Below are positions 40,436 through 49,925 of a stretch of DNA of 64,000 nt, in pieces. Within the stretch, counting starts at the first letter, position 1. Each line of letters starts with the position of its first letter. Under the pieces are notes generated by a model, which made no database searches, was not told the DNA's origin, and saw only the letters and a program-made list of their open reading frames with translations. Position numbers and translations under genes: made by a program. The stretch is taken from positions 1-64,000 of IMG/VR virus record IMGVR_UViG_3300028364_000014; one strand, given 5' to 3'.

Positions 40436-41488
40436 TTATAAATTAGCCGCCAATAAAGCACCATTAGCCACAGAAGTTAGTGGAGAAGCTGCTAATCTTA
40501 CTTCCGATATCTTTATAGGTAACTCTGTTTTAGCTAGTTGTTCTTCTACTCTTCTAACAAAACCTTCAGCTAGTGCTAAGCCTCCAGATACTACCAGAGG
40601 TATTCCATCTTTAAATACTGGAAGTTTTTTACTATTCTTTTTTAACTCATAAGCTATATTCTCTATAGTGTATTTAATAACATTATTGTAGTAAACACAA
40701 ATTGCATCAGCTATATCACCTTTAGGATTATATAAATCAGTTCCAGCTTCTTTTTCTTGTAGTACAAGAGACGGAGATATATCTAACGCGCGTCCAACTG
40801 AGCTATCTATAAAATCACCAGACTTGGTCATAGAGAATTCTAGTAAAGGGTCGCCATCTACTATCACAATGCAGTTAGCCATCCCAGCCCCAAAACTAAC
40901 AGCAATACCGACCAACCCATCATCAATTAATTCAGAAAGTGCTATAGCGAATGCTTCATTAATAGGCTGTGGGGCATAGCCCAAACTTCCAAGATACTGA
41001 TTAATAATTTCCGTATGATAAAGAATGTCAAAGTCACTGTCAATAGGAGCGGCAGGTACGCTATATACTACCTTTGAACCAGGAACAGCTTCGCCTAATA
41101 AATTTTTAATAATTAATTTAATTATTGGCAATGATTTTTTTGACTTAGGGCTAATAACCCCCTGACTAAGAGGTCTTTCAGCAACTCCTCTACGCTCTAT
41201 AGCAATATCTAATGCATCATCTCCTATCACTATAAATGATCCATCTGTATCTATAATATAGTCAGCATCTCTTTTATCCAACGACATTTTAATAGCGTTA
41301 CTATTAACTTCTGATTTAGGTACTAGTCTATAGAATGCATCACGTTGCATTTTGAATATTGGATTTCCTTCTGTATCCATACTAGATGCAATTAGAAGAT
41401 TAGTTCCCACATCTAGTCCTTTATGTATCAGTGCTTGTGTAGTTGGAACTTCTACAACCACACCAACAGCTTCATTTTCTTCAGTCAT
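40436..41488 (-). CDS. Actin-like ATPase (ParM/MreB/FtsA superfamily)
   Basis: GLDVGT (phosphate 1), PINEAFA (connect 1), SFGAGMAN (phosphate 2), VVSGGLA (adenosine), VANGA (connect 2). Confidence 0.8.
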   Translation of the reverse strand: MTEENEAVGVVVEVPTTQALIHKGLDVGTNLLIASSMDTEGNPIFKMQRDAFYRLVPKSEVNSNAIKMSLDKRDADYIIDTDGSFIVIGDDALDIAIERRGVAERPLSQGVISPKSKKSLPIIKLIIKNLLGEAVPGSKVVYSVPAAPIDSDFDILYHTEIINQYLGSLGYAPQPINEAFAIALSELIDDGLVGIAVSFGAGMANCIVIVDGDPLLEFSMTKSGDFIDSSVGRALDISPSLVLQEKEAGTDLYNPKGDIADAICVYYNNVIKYTIENIAYELKKNSKKLPVFKDGIPLVVSGGLALAEGFVRRVEEQLAKTELPIKISEVRLAASPLTSVANGALLAANL

Positions 41489-41497
41489 TTATATCTC

Positions 41498-42109
41498 CTA
41501 TTTTTTAGGTAATTTATCCATAAGATTTTTTAATTTATTTATGTTAGCTTCAGTATTAGAATTATACTTAATCTCTTTAATTTTAACATGAGATTCCATT
41601 TTATCTTCAGCCCCTTTCTTAGACGGGTCAATAAATATATCATCCATAGAAGGTCTATCAGATCCTTCTTCTGATTGAGTATTACTAATTGAAGGCGCGC
41701 TACCTGTTAAACTTGATAACTTAGTTATTTTATCAGTTAAACTTAAAATAATGTTATCTTTAGACTCAAGTACCGCCTCTTTCTTGTCTAAAACTAGTTC
41801 CATTTTATCCATGGTTGTAGTAATTTCTACTATTTTTAACTCAAGTTGTTTAATATTTTGTATATATTTTTTTTCTAACTCAATCGAAACCTCTGCTATT
41901 GCCTCATTCAACATATCATCTACTTGCTGCTGGGAATAACCACTAGAAACTATATTACTACTATTAGCCAATTTAATTATTTCAGCTTTAAGTTCTTTTA
42001 TGTCTTCAGAAGCGTTATTTACTATAGAAGCCCTACTCTGAACATTTCTTGGTCCAGTAGAACTCAATCTTCTACCTCCTTTTAAGGAGGACTCTTTATT
42101 ATATATCAT
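41498..42109 (-). CDS. Coiled-coil hypothetical protein adjacent to the actin-like gene
   Basis: Heptad-like central region; 203 aa. Confidence 0.55.
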   Translation of the reverse strand: MIYNKESSLKGGRRLSSTGPRNVQSRASIVNNASEDIKELKAEIIKLANSSNIVSSGYSQQQVDDMLNEAIAEVSIELEKKYIQNIKQLELKIVEITTTMDKMELVLDKKEAVLESKDNIILSLTDKITKLSSLTGSAPSISNTQSEEGSDRPSMDDIFIDPSKKGAEDKMESHVKIKEIKYNSNTEANINKLKNLMDKLPKK

Positions 42110-43019
42110 TATTGCACCTCAACTCACTGTAACTACAACCAGGTAATTTATGCACATCTTTATGACATTCTTTACAAAGTGTTATACAATTAACTACGTC
42201 ATTACCTAAACGAGGATTTTGAGTGTACCCTTCGATGTGATGACAATGAAGTGTGGCCTCTTTTTGAGTAGCACCACAAATTTGACATCTCCAATTATCT
42301 CGTTCAAAACAAAGCTGCCTAATTAGAGGATCAACTTCCCGCGAGGTTGCTTTTTTAAAACCTTTAGGATATAACTCTTGCCCATAGGTAGGGCAAGATT
42401 CTTTACAATAATTAGAACAATATAGATAACAATCACCTCTACAATTACCTAACCCGTCTAAAGCACTCACCCTCGACTGTATCTGTAAATTAGTTGGTAT
42501 AAAATATCCATTACAGTATTTACAAAGCACTTCCAAAGAAACCCCGTCTTTAGCTAATCTTGGTAACTCGTCTACAGTTAATCTACCACAATAAGTTTCA
42601 TAATTTGCTCCACTTTTATAATACTTTTGGAGATATAACAATCTATCAGTTTTATTTTTTTTATAATATAGCATACTCTTATCAGATAATCTAGCCTTAT
42701 TACTCTTTCTATAAAGCTTATTAACATCAGCAATTCTCTCTTTATTACTATTTCTATATATTTTAGATTTTTTAGCTATCTTTTCTTTATTTTTTTGATA
42801 GTATTGTTTTTGTTTAGACAAACTAACTTCTCTATTATCATAATAATAGTCACTAGACTGTCTATTAAGTAACTCTTTATTAGAGTCTCTATATAACTTT
42901 CTGCATGACTTGCAAACGTACTGTAATCCATCAGCATTACATTTGCATTTACCAAAACATGTAATGCTTTTAGAAATACCACATCTGGTACACACCTTAA
43001 TACCATCCTTAGCCATCAT
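42099..43019 (-). CDS. HNH homing endonuclease, family B
   Basis: N-terminal CTRC/CKSC, KY-rich helical repeats, RDNWRCQICG...LHCHHIEG...NCITLCKECH. Confidence 0.85.
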   Translation of the reverse strand: MMAKDGIKVCTRCGISKSITCFGKCKCNADGLQYVCKSCRKLYRDSNKELLNRQSSDYYYDNREVSLSKQKQYYQKNKEKIAKKSKIYRNSNKERIADVNKLYRKSNKARLSDKSMLYYKKNKTDRLLYLQKYYKSGANYETYCGRLTVDELPRLAKDGVSLEVLCKYCNGYFIPTNLQIQSRVSALDGLGNCRGDCYLYCSNYCKESCPTYGQELYPKGFKKATSREVDPLIRQLCFERDNWRCQICGATQKEATLHCHHIEGYTQNPRLGNDVVNCITLCKECHKDVHKLPGCSYSELRCNNDI

Positions 43020-43028
43020 TTACTAAAA

Positions 43029-43610
43029 TCACCTCTTATCTTGTATTTTGTCAATAACACCATAAGTAACAGCCTCTTCAGCTGACATATAGAAGTCCTT
43101 CTTCATATCTTCTTTCACTGTTTCAATACTTTGACCTGTAAACTCTACATAGTATTTTGCCATCTTCTCATATAAATGTTTAGTGTGTGCAAAACTATTT
43201 TCCATTTCATGATATTTACCTTGATGCCCGCTGCTTAACTCATGTAACATAATCGATGAATTAGTTAGTGCAAAACGTTTGCCCTTTGTGCCTGCAGCTA
43301 GAATAAATGAACCTGCTGAGGAAGCTTGTCCATAAGCTAACGTACAGATATCTGGTTTAATATAGTTCATCGTGTCAAATATTGAGAACATAGCGGTTAT
43401 TTCACCGCCAGGACTATTGATATACATATTAATATCTTTAGTGGCATCGGAAGATTCAAGAAACAGTAACTGTGCTACTACAGCATCAGCCATGTGCTGA
43501 TCAAAAACTCCCTTAATAAAAACTACGCGGTCCTTTAACAGACGAGAATAGATATCGTAAGTCCTCTCCTGTCCTTTATCACCTTTTTCAATAACGTATG
43601 GTACACTCAT
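43029..43610 (-). CDS. clpP: ATP-dependent Clp protease proteolytic subunit
   Basis: [28 protein letters not shown] (Ser), MLHE (His), DFYMSAEEA (Asp). Confidence 0.95.
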   Translation of the reverse strand: MSVPYVIEKGDKGQERTYDIYSRLLKDRVVFIKGVFDQHMADAVVAQLLFLESSDATKDINMYINSPGGEITAMFSIFDTMNYIKPDICTLAYGQASSAGSFILAAGTKGKRFALTNSSIMLHELSSGHQGKYHEMENSFAHTKHLYEKMAKYYVEFTGQSIETVKEDMKKDFYMSAEEAVTYGVIDKIQDKR

Positions 43611-43673
43611 AATTCTTTAATTCCTTTTTCGTTAATTAATTCATAATTATGCGGGACCATCCCACATGTATAT

Positions 43674-43701
43674 AATATAAACATATTTAGTTATTTGTCA
43701 A
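43674..43701 (-). promoter_or_regulatory. Sigma70-type promoter upstream of clpP
   Basis: TTGACA-N16-TATATT. Confidence 0.7.
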
Positions 43702-43713
43702 GTATTTTTTTAA

Positions 43714-43935
43714 TCAAGCTAAAAACTGTTTCACTACTGCTTTTATTATTACCATATCTTCTTGTTGTAACACAGGATTTAACAACATATCCGATATAGT
43801 ACAATTTAAATTGTTATACAGTATGAGAAGAGGTCTATCTCTCCAAATCATATGAACGAAACTTAAACAAGCATTTTGGCTCTTCAGAGTGATAGTTCTT
43901 TCGGCTACATACTTAGTAATATTGTTATCAACCAT
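43714..43935 (-). CDS. Hypothetical protein (73 aa)
   Basis: Track ORF; weak support. Confidence 0.35.
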   Translation of the reverse strand: MVDNNITKYVAERTITLKSQNACLSFVHMIWRDRPLLILYNNLNCTISDMLLNPVLQQEDMVIIKAVVKQFLA

Positions 43936-44362
43936 AGTTATTAGTATCCATTATCCTATTATGATGTATTTAAACGAGTTTAAACATACCTTAGGGCTCG
44001 TTACAAATAAAACTGATAGTAGTGTACCAACTAAGGTATAAGTACATTCTTAATACCTACTAAGGACTACTAGTATGTTATTAAACTTAGTTTACTCTTG
44101 TATCTTCTGTGAAAGGTAAATAACTTACACAAAAAAATACCTAGAAGAACTTCCTTAATCAAGACTTATTTTTAATATTATTGCGTGAGTTTCTTTATTT
44201 TTAAAGTATTGCATTTTTCCAAAAATGCTATTAATACTTATGAATTAAATACTAGTCATAAGTATTGTTATCTTATTATATGAGTATCTTCTTATATTGG
44301 GTACATTTCGGCCCCTTTCACATGGGTACATTTTGGAACTGTTGTCTGGTATGAGGGGCTCT

Positions 44363-44854
44363 TCATCCCCTTAATTCAGCAAGCATTATTGGACCCATAC
44401 TTTCTTCCCAAGCAGTTTGTTTTTCTTGATCGGTGGTTTCTAAGTCTAACATAATATCCTTAAATAAGTGTTCTCTATAATTTTTATTACTGCCTTTATG
44501 TGTTCCTAGCATATATACATTTTGACCATTACTTACTTTTCTATTTTTTTTAATCCATCCAGCATTAAGTAATAGTTTAATATGTTTTTTAGTTTTGCGC
44601 TCACCCATTTTAGTGAATTTCATTATTTCAACTATAGGGTATGTACACGCTAATATACCTTCATCAAAATAGTTTTTTTTAATAGGGTATCCTGTATAAT
44701 CATTCCAAGTGTTTCGTATTATTTTATCCCATAGTACTGAGTAAGTAAGGATTGCTCCATTACGAAGTATCTCTATATTCATTTCTTGTTGTTTTGTTAA
44801 CTTATCTTTAGTACTAATGCTTTTACTGTATATTTTAAAAAATGTATCTGCCAT
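44363..44854 (-). CDS. Putative winged-helix DNA-binding protein (paralogue of next gene)
   Basis: LLLNAGWIKK...NVYMLGTH...LFKDIM shared with 44854..45252. Confidence 0.55.
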   Translation of the reverse strand: MADTFFKIYSKSISTKDKLTKQQEMNIEILRNGAILTYSVLWDKIIRNTWNDYTGYPIKKNYFDEGILACTYPIVEIMKFTKMGERKTKKHIKLLLNAGWIKKNRKVSNGQNVYMLGTHKGSNKNYREHLFKDIMLDLETTDQEKQTAWEESMGPIMLAELRG

Positions 44855-45252
44855 TAGTCTACTTCCTCTGACATAATATCTTTGAATAGTTTTATATTAC
44901 CATCTATATGCGTTCCTAATATATAAACACATTGACTAGAGAACCCGTCTTTATTTATTTTTATCCAGCCCTTATCCACAAGGGTTTTGATAGCCCTATT
45001 TAATACTTTTATGCCACACCCGAGTTTAGCCATTAGTGTTTTTTTACTGAGACTTGCTACAATAAACCCTTTGTCATAGAAATCTTTTTTAAGCGGTGGA
45101 AATTTACATAAATGCCAATAACCTTTATATTCTGGCGCAGACTGCTCCAACCAGTACTCATCCGTGTAATACTCATCAGCTATGTTGAACCATAAGTATC
45201 CAAATAGTTTTTTTGAAACATCTTTTTTCATAATTTTAGCTCCTGGGCTCAA
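44854..45252 (-). CDS. Putative winged-helix DNA-binding protein
   Basis: SKKTLMAKLGCGIKVLNRAIKTLVDKGWIKI HTH-wing pattern. Confidence 0.6.
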   Translation of the reverse strand: MSPGAKIMKKDVSKKLFGYLWFNIADEYYTDEYWLEQSAPEYKGYWHLCKFPPLKKDFYDKGFIVASLSKKTLMAKLGCGIKVLNRAIKTLVDKGWIKINKDGFSSQCVYILGTHIDGNIKLFKDIMSEEVD

Positions 45253-45285
45253 TTACTGTATTTCTTTTTACTGATTATTAGTTAT

Positions 45286-45546
45286 TTAGTATACAAATTC
45301 CCTTATTAATCTGTATCTATTAATTGGAGTATACATACTACATTCATGAACTATTGTGTCTAAATCTTCCCCTGTAATTAAACATTTATATTGCTCTAAA
45401 AAAAGATCGAAGTCGTCTGTGTCTTCTAAGTCAAACATTTCTGCGTAATAATCTCTATCTTCTTGTGTTATAGGTTCAAGTAGTCTTGATAGTCTATGTT
45501 CGCATGTAGAGCACTTTGATTTTTCAAGTAGGTTAATGATATTCAT
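45286..45546 (-). CDS. Hypothetical Cys-containing protein (86 aa)
   Basis: CSTCEH...C...C. Confidence 0.55.
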   Translation of the reverse strand: MNIINLLEKSKCSTCEHRLSRLLEPITQEDRDYYAEMFDLEDTDDFDLFLEQYKCLITGEDLDTIVHECSMYTPINRYRLIREFVY

Positions 45547-45564
45547 AAATGATCTCTCCAGTAA

Positions 45565-45789
45565 CTAGTTATTATTTAAATCTATACCTCTTTGTTTATA
45601 TGCTCTTTTAATAGTAGTATCATCTTTTCCATCTAATATTTCACCAGAGCGTTTCATTCTTTTAATCTTATTGTTTATTGATTCACGAGTTCTGTTAGGA
45701 AACATGTCCTCTAGTTCTTTTATAGTCATAGTTTCATAATTGTCAAGTAATAATCTTTTTTCTGAGTATCCCCAACTTTTAGTTTTCAT
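45565..45789 (-). CDS. Small Myb/SANT-like helix-turn-helix protein
   Basis: WGYSEKRLLLDNY...FPNRTRESINNK. Confidence 0.6.
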   Translation of the reverse strand: MKTKSWGYSEKRLLLDNYETMTIKELEDMFPNRTRESINNKIKRMKRSGEILDGKDDTTIKRAYKQRGIDLNNN

Positions 45790-46780
45790 TTATAGCCCCC
45801 TTGTTATTACACCTAAGTTCATAATACCCACATCCTGGAAGCTTATGCACATCTTTATGGCATGTTTTACATAAAGTAGTAGTGTTAGTCACATCATTTC
45901 CTAAACGTGGATTCTGGGTGTATCCTTCGATGTGATGGCAATGTAGTGGAGCTTCATTTTGAGTTGCTCCACAGATTTGACATCTCCAATTATCTCGCTC
46001 GAAACACATTTGTCTAACTAGTGGATTTACTTCGCGAGAAGATGCAGGTTTGAATCCTTTAGGGTATAGAATTTGTCCGTATATTGGGCAAGATTCTTTG
46101 CATCCAGCAGAACAATATAATAAATTTTCTGATGTTATTATTCCATTTATAGCACTTATTCTATGTATTACTTGAGAATTAGTAGGCATAAAATATTTAC
46201 CACAATAACGGCATTTAACTTCTAGTGACTTATTATCCTTAGCAAGTCTGGGTGATTCTTCAATTGTTAATTTATCTTTGTATGGGTAGTACTTTGCATT
46301 TGATTTACGATATTGGTTTTTGTTGCTTGATATTTTTTCTTTATTGTTTTCTCCATATAGTTTTGATTTTTTATCTAGGTGTTTTTTATTATTTAAATAG
46401 TACTGTTTAATGTAATCTGCTAATTCTTCCTTATTGTCTTTTTGGTATTGTTTAATATATTTAGCTAGTTTTTTCTTATTATTTTTACGATACGTTTTAT
46501 TATATTCCGATGTTTTTTCTTTATTATTTATACGGCACTGTTTAGTTTGTTCATTCATCTTAATTTTATTATTTCTATAATAATTTTTACTATATTTTAG
46601 TGTCTTTTCTCTATTTCCTTCTCTATAAACTTTATTACATATACTAATTTTGTTTTTATTAACTATTCTGTATTCTTTATCGCACAATTTGCATCTATAA
46701 CTTAAACCGTCTTCGGTATTTTTATTTTTACTAAAGTCACTATAATTTTTTTCTTTTTTACACTTAGTACATCTTTTCAC
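45779..46780 (-). CDS. HNH homing endonuclease, family B
   Basis: C-terminal part nearly identical to 42099..43019 (ERDNWRCQICGATQ..LHCHHIEGYTQNPRLGNDV). Confidence 0.85.
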   Translation of the reverse strand: MKRCTKCKKEKNYSDFSKNKNTEDGLSYRCKLCDKEYRIVNKNKISICNKVYREGNREKTLKYSKNYYRNNKIKMNEQTKQCRINNKEKTSEYNKTYRKNNKKKLAKYIKQYQKDNKEELADYIKQYYLNNKKHLDKKSKLYGENNKEKISSNKNQYRKSNAKYYPYKDKLTIEESPRLAKDNKSLEVKCRYCGKYFMPTNSQVIHRISAINGIITSENLLYCSAGCKESCPIYGQILYPKGFKPASSREVNPLVRQMCFERDNWRCQICGATQNEAPLHCHHIEGYTQNPRLGNDVTNTTTLCKTCHKDVHKLPGCGYYELRCNNKGAINEN

Positions 46781-46804
46781 AATCTTTATCCTCCTCTTTA
46801 AGTA

Positions 46805-47029
46805 CTAAAAACAATTCAACTGCTCAGAATTATTAATTGACATAACAGCCTTTGTCTCTTGAGAATGTCTAAAATTTTTACGTATGCTAGATGATTTTTG
46901 TTTTACTGTAGAATTACATACAAAACATTTAGTACTGCAATATAATCCTTTGGTAATACTTCTCACTAAACAATACTCATTACAGGTTTCACATATTTTT
47001 ATATAGTAAGTAGCTGTACCTTTTTCCAA
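46805..47029 (-). pseudogene. Probable truncated endonuclease N-terminal fragment
   Basis: CETC..YCSTKC plus NUMOD3-like HSQETK; resembles the N-terminus of 47614..48189; no nuclease domain. Confidence 0.4.
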
Positions 47030-47060
47030 TTACCATTTCTAGTAAGTAACATATTACTAA

Positions 47061-47624
47061 TCATCGAATTGAGAATGTCAAATCCTTATTAAAAGTGTTT
47101 AATATTATAGAAGTTACTTTATTTATAGTTTTTAAGCCTGGTTCTAAATTTATATAATTGATTTTATGTTGATCTAAGACAGATTTAATTATACCATCGA
47201 TATCTATTGCCTCTGCTTTAGATTGCTTTCTACCAAATTTTTCATACTTAATTGAATTATTTCTCGTCAAATATATATTTAAATTATTATATGAGTTGTA
47301 TACACTCATAATATAGTCCTCAAACTCCTTAGTTAGGGTGTTCCTTTGATAAACTAAAGAAAGCAGTAGTGACGTATCAGTAACTACTACAGCCGCTTTA
47401 TTCTCTATTCTAGCGAGTCGTCTATTTTGTTCCCCAAACACTGAACCTTGCATACTAAGTGCTTTCCAATTTTCTTCAAAGGTTAATTCTTTAGGGTATT
47501 CAGTCACTAGTTCACAATCTATATAGTGTAATTTTAGTAATGAAAATATTCCTGAGGCGGACGCTGATTTTAGACTGCCAGGTCCTCCTAGGAAATTTAT
47601 TATTAGTGGTTTTTTAATACTCAA
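47061..47624 (-). CDS. NadR-like P-loop kinase (AAA_28 type)
   Basis: INFLGGPGSLKS, VTEYPKEL, VVTDTSLL, YEKFGRKQ. Confidence 0.75.
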   Translation of the reverse strand: MSIKKPLIINFLGGPGSLKSASASGIFSLLKLHYIDCELVTEYPKELTFEENWKALSMQGSVFGEQNRRLARIENKAAVVVTDTSLLLSLVYQRNTLTKEFEDYIMSVYNSYNNLNIYLTRNNSIKYEKFGRKQSKAEAIDIDGIIKSVLDQHKINYINLEPGLKTINKVTSIILNTFNKDLTFSIR

Positions 47625-48189
47625 ATTCTTTATCCTTTTTACTATTCATAAAAATGGCTAATTGTTCTTTAGTATTATTTCCATACCCAAAATATTTATG
47701 GAATTTTATATGGCATTTTTCACACAGGGTTATACCATTGTCAACATTTAATCTATACTTAGGATAAGCTGAATAAGACATTATGTGATGAGCCACTAAA
47801 TTACCACCTTTATCATCATTACATTTTTTACAATTGTAATTATCTTTTTTATACACCTTAAGTCGCCAATCTATATAATCTGTATAATCCCTGTTACGTA
47901 TTCTATCTTCATCAGATAAGTTTGGGTTATACCTATAGCTGCTTTTGCCACTGTTTGCTTTAGATATTATTAATTTATGTGCTTTGGACATTGACTTACC
48001 ATACCTTGGGTTATTATCTCCTAAATTTGCACAACGCTTACTGCAAAAAGTATTTTTCTTACTTTTTATTCTTAAAAATGTTTCTTTACAAAGGGGACAA
48101 ATATCTATTACGTAAATATCCGACCCCTTTCTAAAAGTGCCTCTAGTAGTTAAGTATACATTCTCTAAATTATCCCAACAAATAATCAT
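47614..48189 (-). CDS. HNH endonuclease with NUMOD3
   Basis: KDNYNCKKC...LVAHHIMS...NGITLCEKCH. Confidence 0.85.
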   Translation of the reverse strand: MIICWDNLENVYLTTRGTFRKGSDIYVIDICPLCKETFLRIKSKKNTFCSKRCANLGDNNPRYGKSMSKAHKLIISKANSGKSSYRYNPNLSDEDRIRNRDYTDYIDWRLKVYKKDNYNCKKCNDDKGGNLVAHHIMSYSAYPKYRLNVDNGITLCEKCHIKFHKYFGYGNNTKEQLAIFMNSKKDKEFEY

Positions 48190-48192
48190 TTA

Positions 48193-49533
48193 TTACCCTA
48201 TTGTTTTATCTTGTAGTAAATCAGCTATTTCTAATATATCACTTCTATATGAGTTCTGTAATTCAACATAAGCTATAGATCTGTGTGGTAGAACTCTAAG
48301 TAATTTTAATAGACCTGATTCTGATGGCTTAACTACGTTATATGTTTGTTTTAAATCACCAAGTAGTATCAACCTACCAGAAGCCGATGGACGACTTAGA
48401 ATCATGCTCATATAGTCTACAGTAATAAGTTGAACTTCATCTACGATTAGTGTGTCGTTATCTAGAAGAGATAGTCCTTGAATTGAATTTAAAGATATAG
48501 GCTCAAACTTTTCTTTAAAAATTATATCTTTAACGTAATCATAGCGTTTCTTTATGTCTTGACCTCTAGTATTTGAATAGATATAATATAGAGCGCTCAT
48601 AAAACCAGCAAGCCAGTCTTGCATTTTATCCATTTTATCCCCAGGAAGAAATCCCAACTCATACTTAGAATTAATTCCTATAGGTGCTCTCGACACAAAC
48701 ACTTTTTTATCTCGATCTTTAGCTAATGCCGCTGCTGAAGCCAGCAAAGTCTTACCAGAGCCCCATCTGCCGGTGATTAAGCAATGAGGGGCTTCTTTGA
48801 GTGCAAATATAGCGCATACTTGATAAGCATCTCTTGCTTTTACAGTAGTTTGTTCTACTTTTATTTCCCTATATTCAGGATTATCATCTATTTTAATAAA
48901 TACTTTTTTTATGGGATTATGTGCATATATAATCGTGTTAGGGGTAGGATTTTTAATAAATACAAAAAACCAGGAGTTTTCATCTAATGATTTTTCACTG
49001 GATCTTTCAAATAAATCAAATGTGTTTGAATAATCATTACCGTTTGGGTCATCACTAATGTATCTCCCATAACCAAATACACCTTCTTCACAATTCCAAT
49101 AAAGAGCGTCTTGTTCAATGTAAACATAAGGATTAAATAAATTATTTAACACAACATCAAAAAGCTTTACCATCACTCCTTGAGATTCAGCGATTATTGA
49201 CATTGACATATCTTTTGTAGCCAGTACTGCTCCGTGTTTTTTTGCGGAAGCTATAATAGCTTGATCATTATTGAACGTGCCATTAAACGCCTCAGTGTCA
49301 AATTCTATCTTATCTGGAAATTCTTTTTTAAAGTCTATAATAGCTCTTATAGCCTCTCTCGCACTATAAGAAGTGTCTGGTTTAAATTTATGTTTATCTA
49401 GTTCTTGTAATACAGTAATAGGCAGAATTAACTTTATATATTCTTTTGAAAGTTTAAATAAGATTTTTGAGTCATCAAGTAATAAGTTAGTATCAATAAC
49501 TACTTTAGTGTTGTTTTTTATTGACTTAAGCAT
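48193..49533 (-). CDS. phoH: PIN-PhoH protein
   Basis: N-terminal PIN VIDTNLLL, VLQELD, NNDQAI, LATKD; PhoH GRWGSGKT, LGFLPGD, LIVDEVQ, LLGDLKQ. Confidence 0.9.
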   Translation of the reverse strand: MLKSIKNNTKVVIDTNLLLDDSKILFKLSKEYIKLILPITVLQELDKHKFKPDTSYSAREAIRAIIDFKKEFPDKIEFDTEAFNGTFNNDQAIIASAKKHGAVLATKDMSMSIIAESQGVMVKLFDVVLNNLFNPYVYIEQDALYWNCEEGVFGYGRYISDDPNGNDYSNTFDLFERSSEKSLDENSWFFVFIKNPTPNTIIYAHNPIKKVFIKIDDNPEYREIKVEQTTVKARDAYQVCAIFALKEAPHCLITGRWGSGKTLLASAAALAKDRDKKVFVSRAPIGINSKYELGFLPGDKMDKMQDWLAGFMSALYYIYSNTRGQDIKKRYDYVKDIIFKEKFEPISLNSIQGLSLLDNDTLIVDEVQLITVDYMSMILSRPSASGRLILLGDLKQTYNVVKPSESGLLKLLRVLPHRSIAYVELQNSYRSDILEIADLLQDKTIG

Positions 49534-49925
49534 AAATAAGTCTCCTTATTGTGTATTGGGATTTATTTTGAAAAAACATAGGTTAGTTAAATACACTAAC
49601 ACTTTTTATGAACAAAACTGGGAAGGGGTTTTATAAAATCATTGGCATACTCTAGCTCCTAGTAAATATATATTGTAAGAAGGTAAGAGGCTAACCTCCT
49701 TAATAATAAGAAGGTTAGTTAAAGCTAGATTATAGAGAGATGTATTAATAATTTCATCGATATTACAGTGGGGGACACTGTTGAAGTTTGTTGTTAGTAT
49801 TATGGCTACAGATTTTTTTATCAGTTCGGCCTTTAGGCCGTAAAACCCAATGCTTTAGCTTTGGGATATAAGCCTTTGCTTTAGCAGTTTTTGTTAGATA
49901 TGATTCATTTACCGCAACAAGGATA

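Noticed and set aside
43029-43610. ClpP as the prohead protease
   Set aside because: It lies 16 kb from the head module, and a separate protease candidate sits between portal and scaffold
44298-44340. GGGTACATTT occurring twice in the intergenic gap
   Set aside because: Only two copies; too little to call iterons
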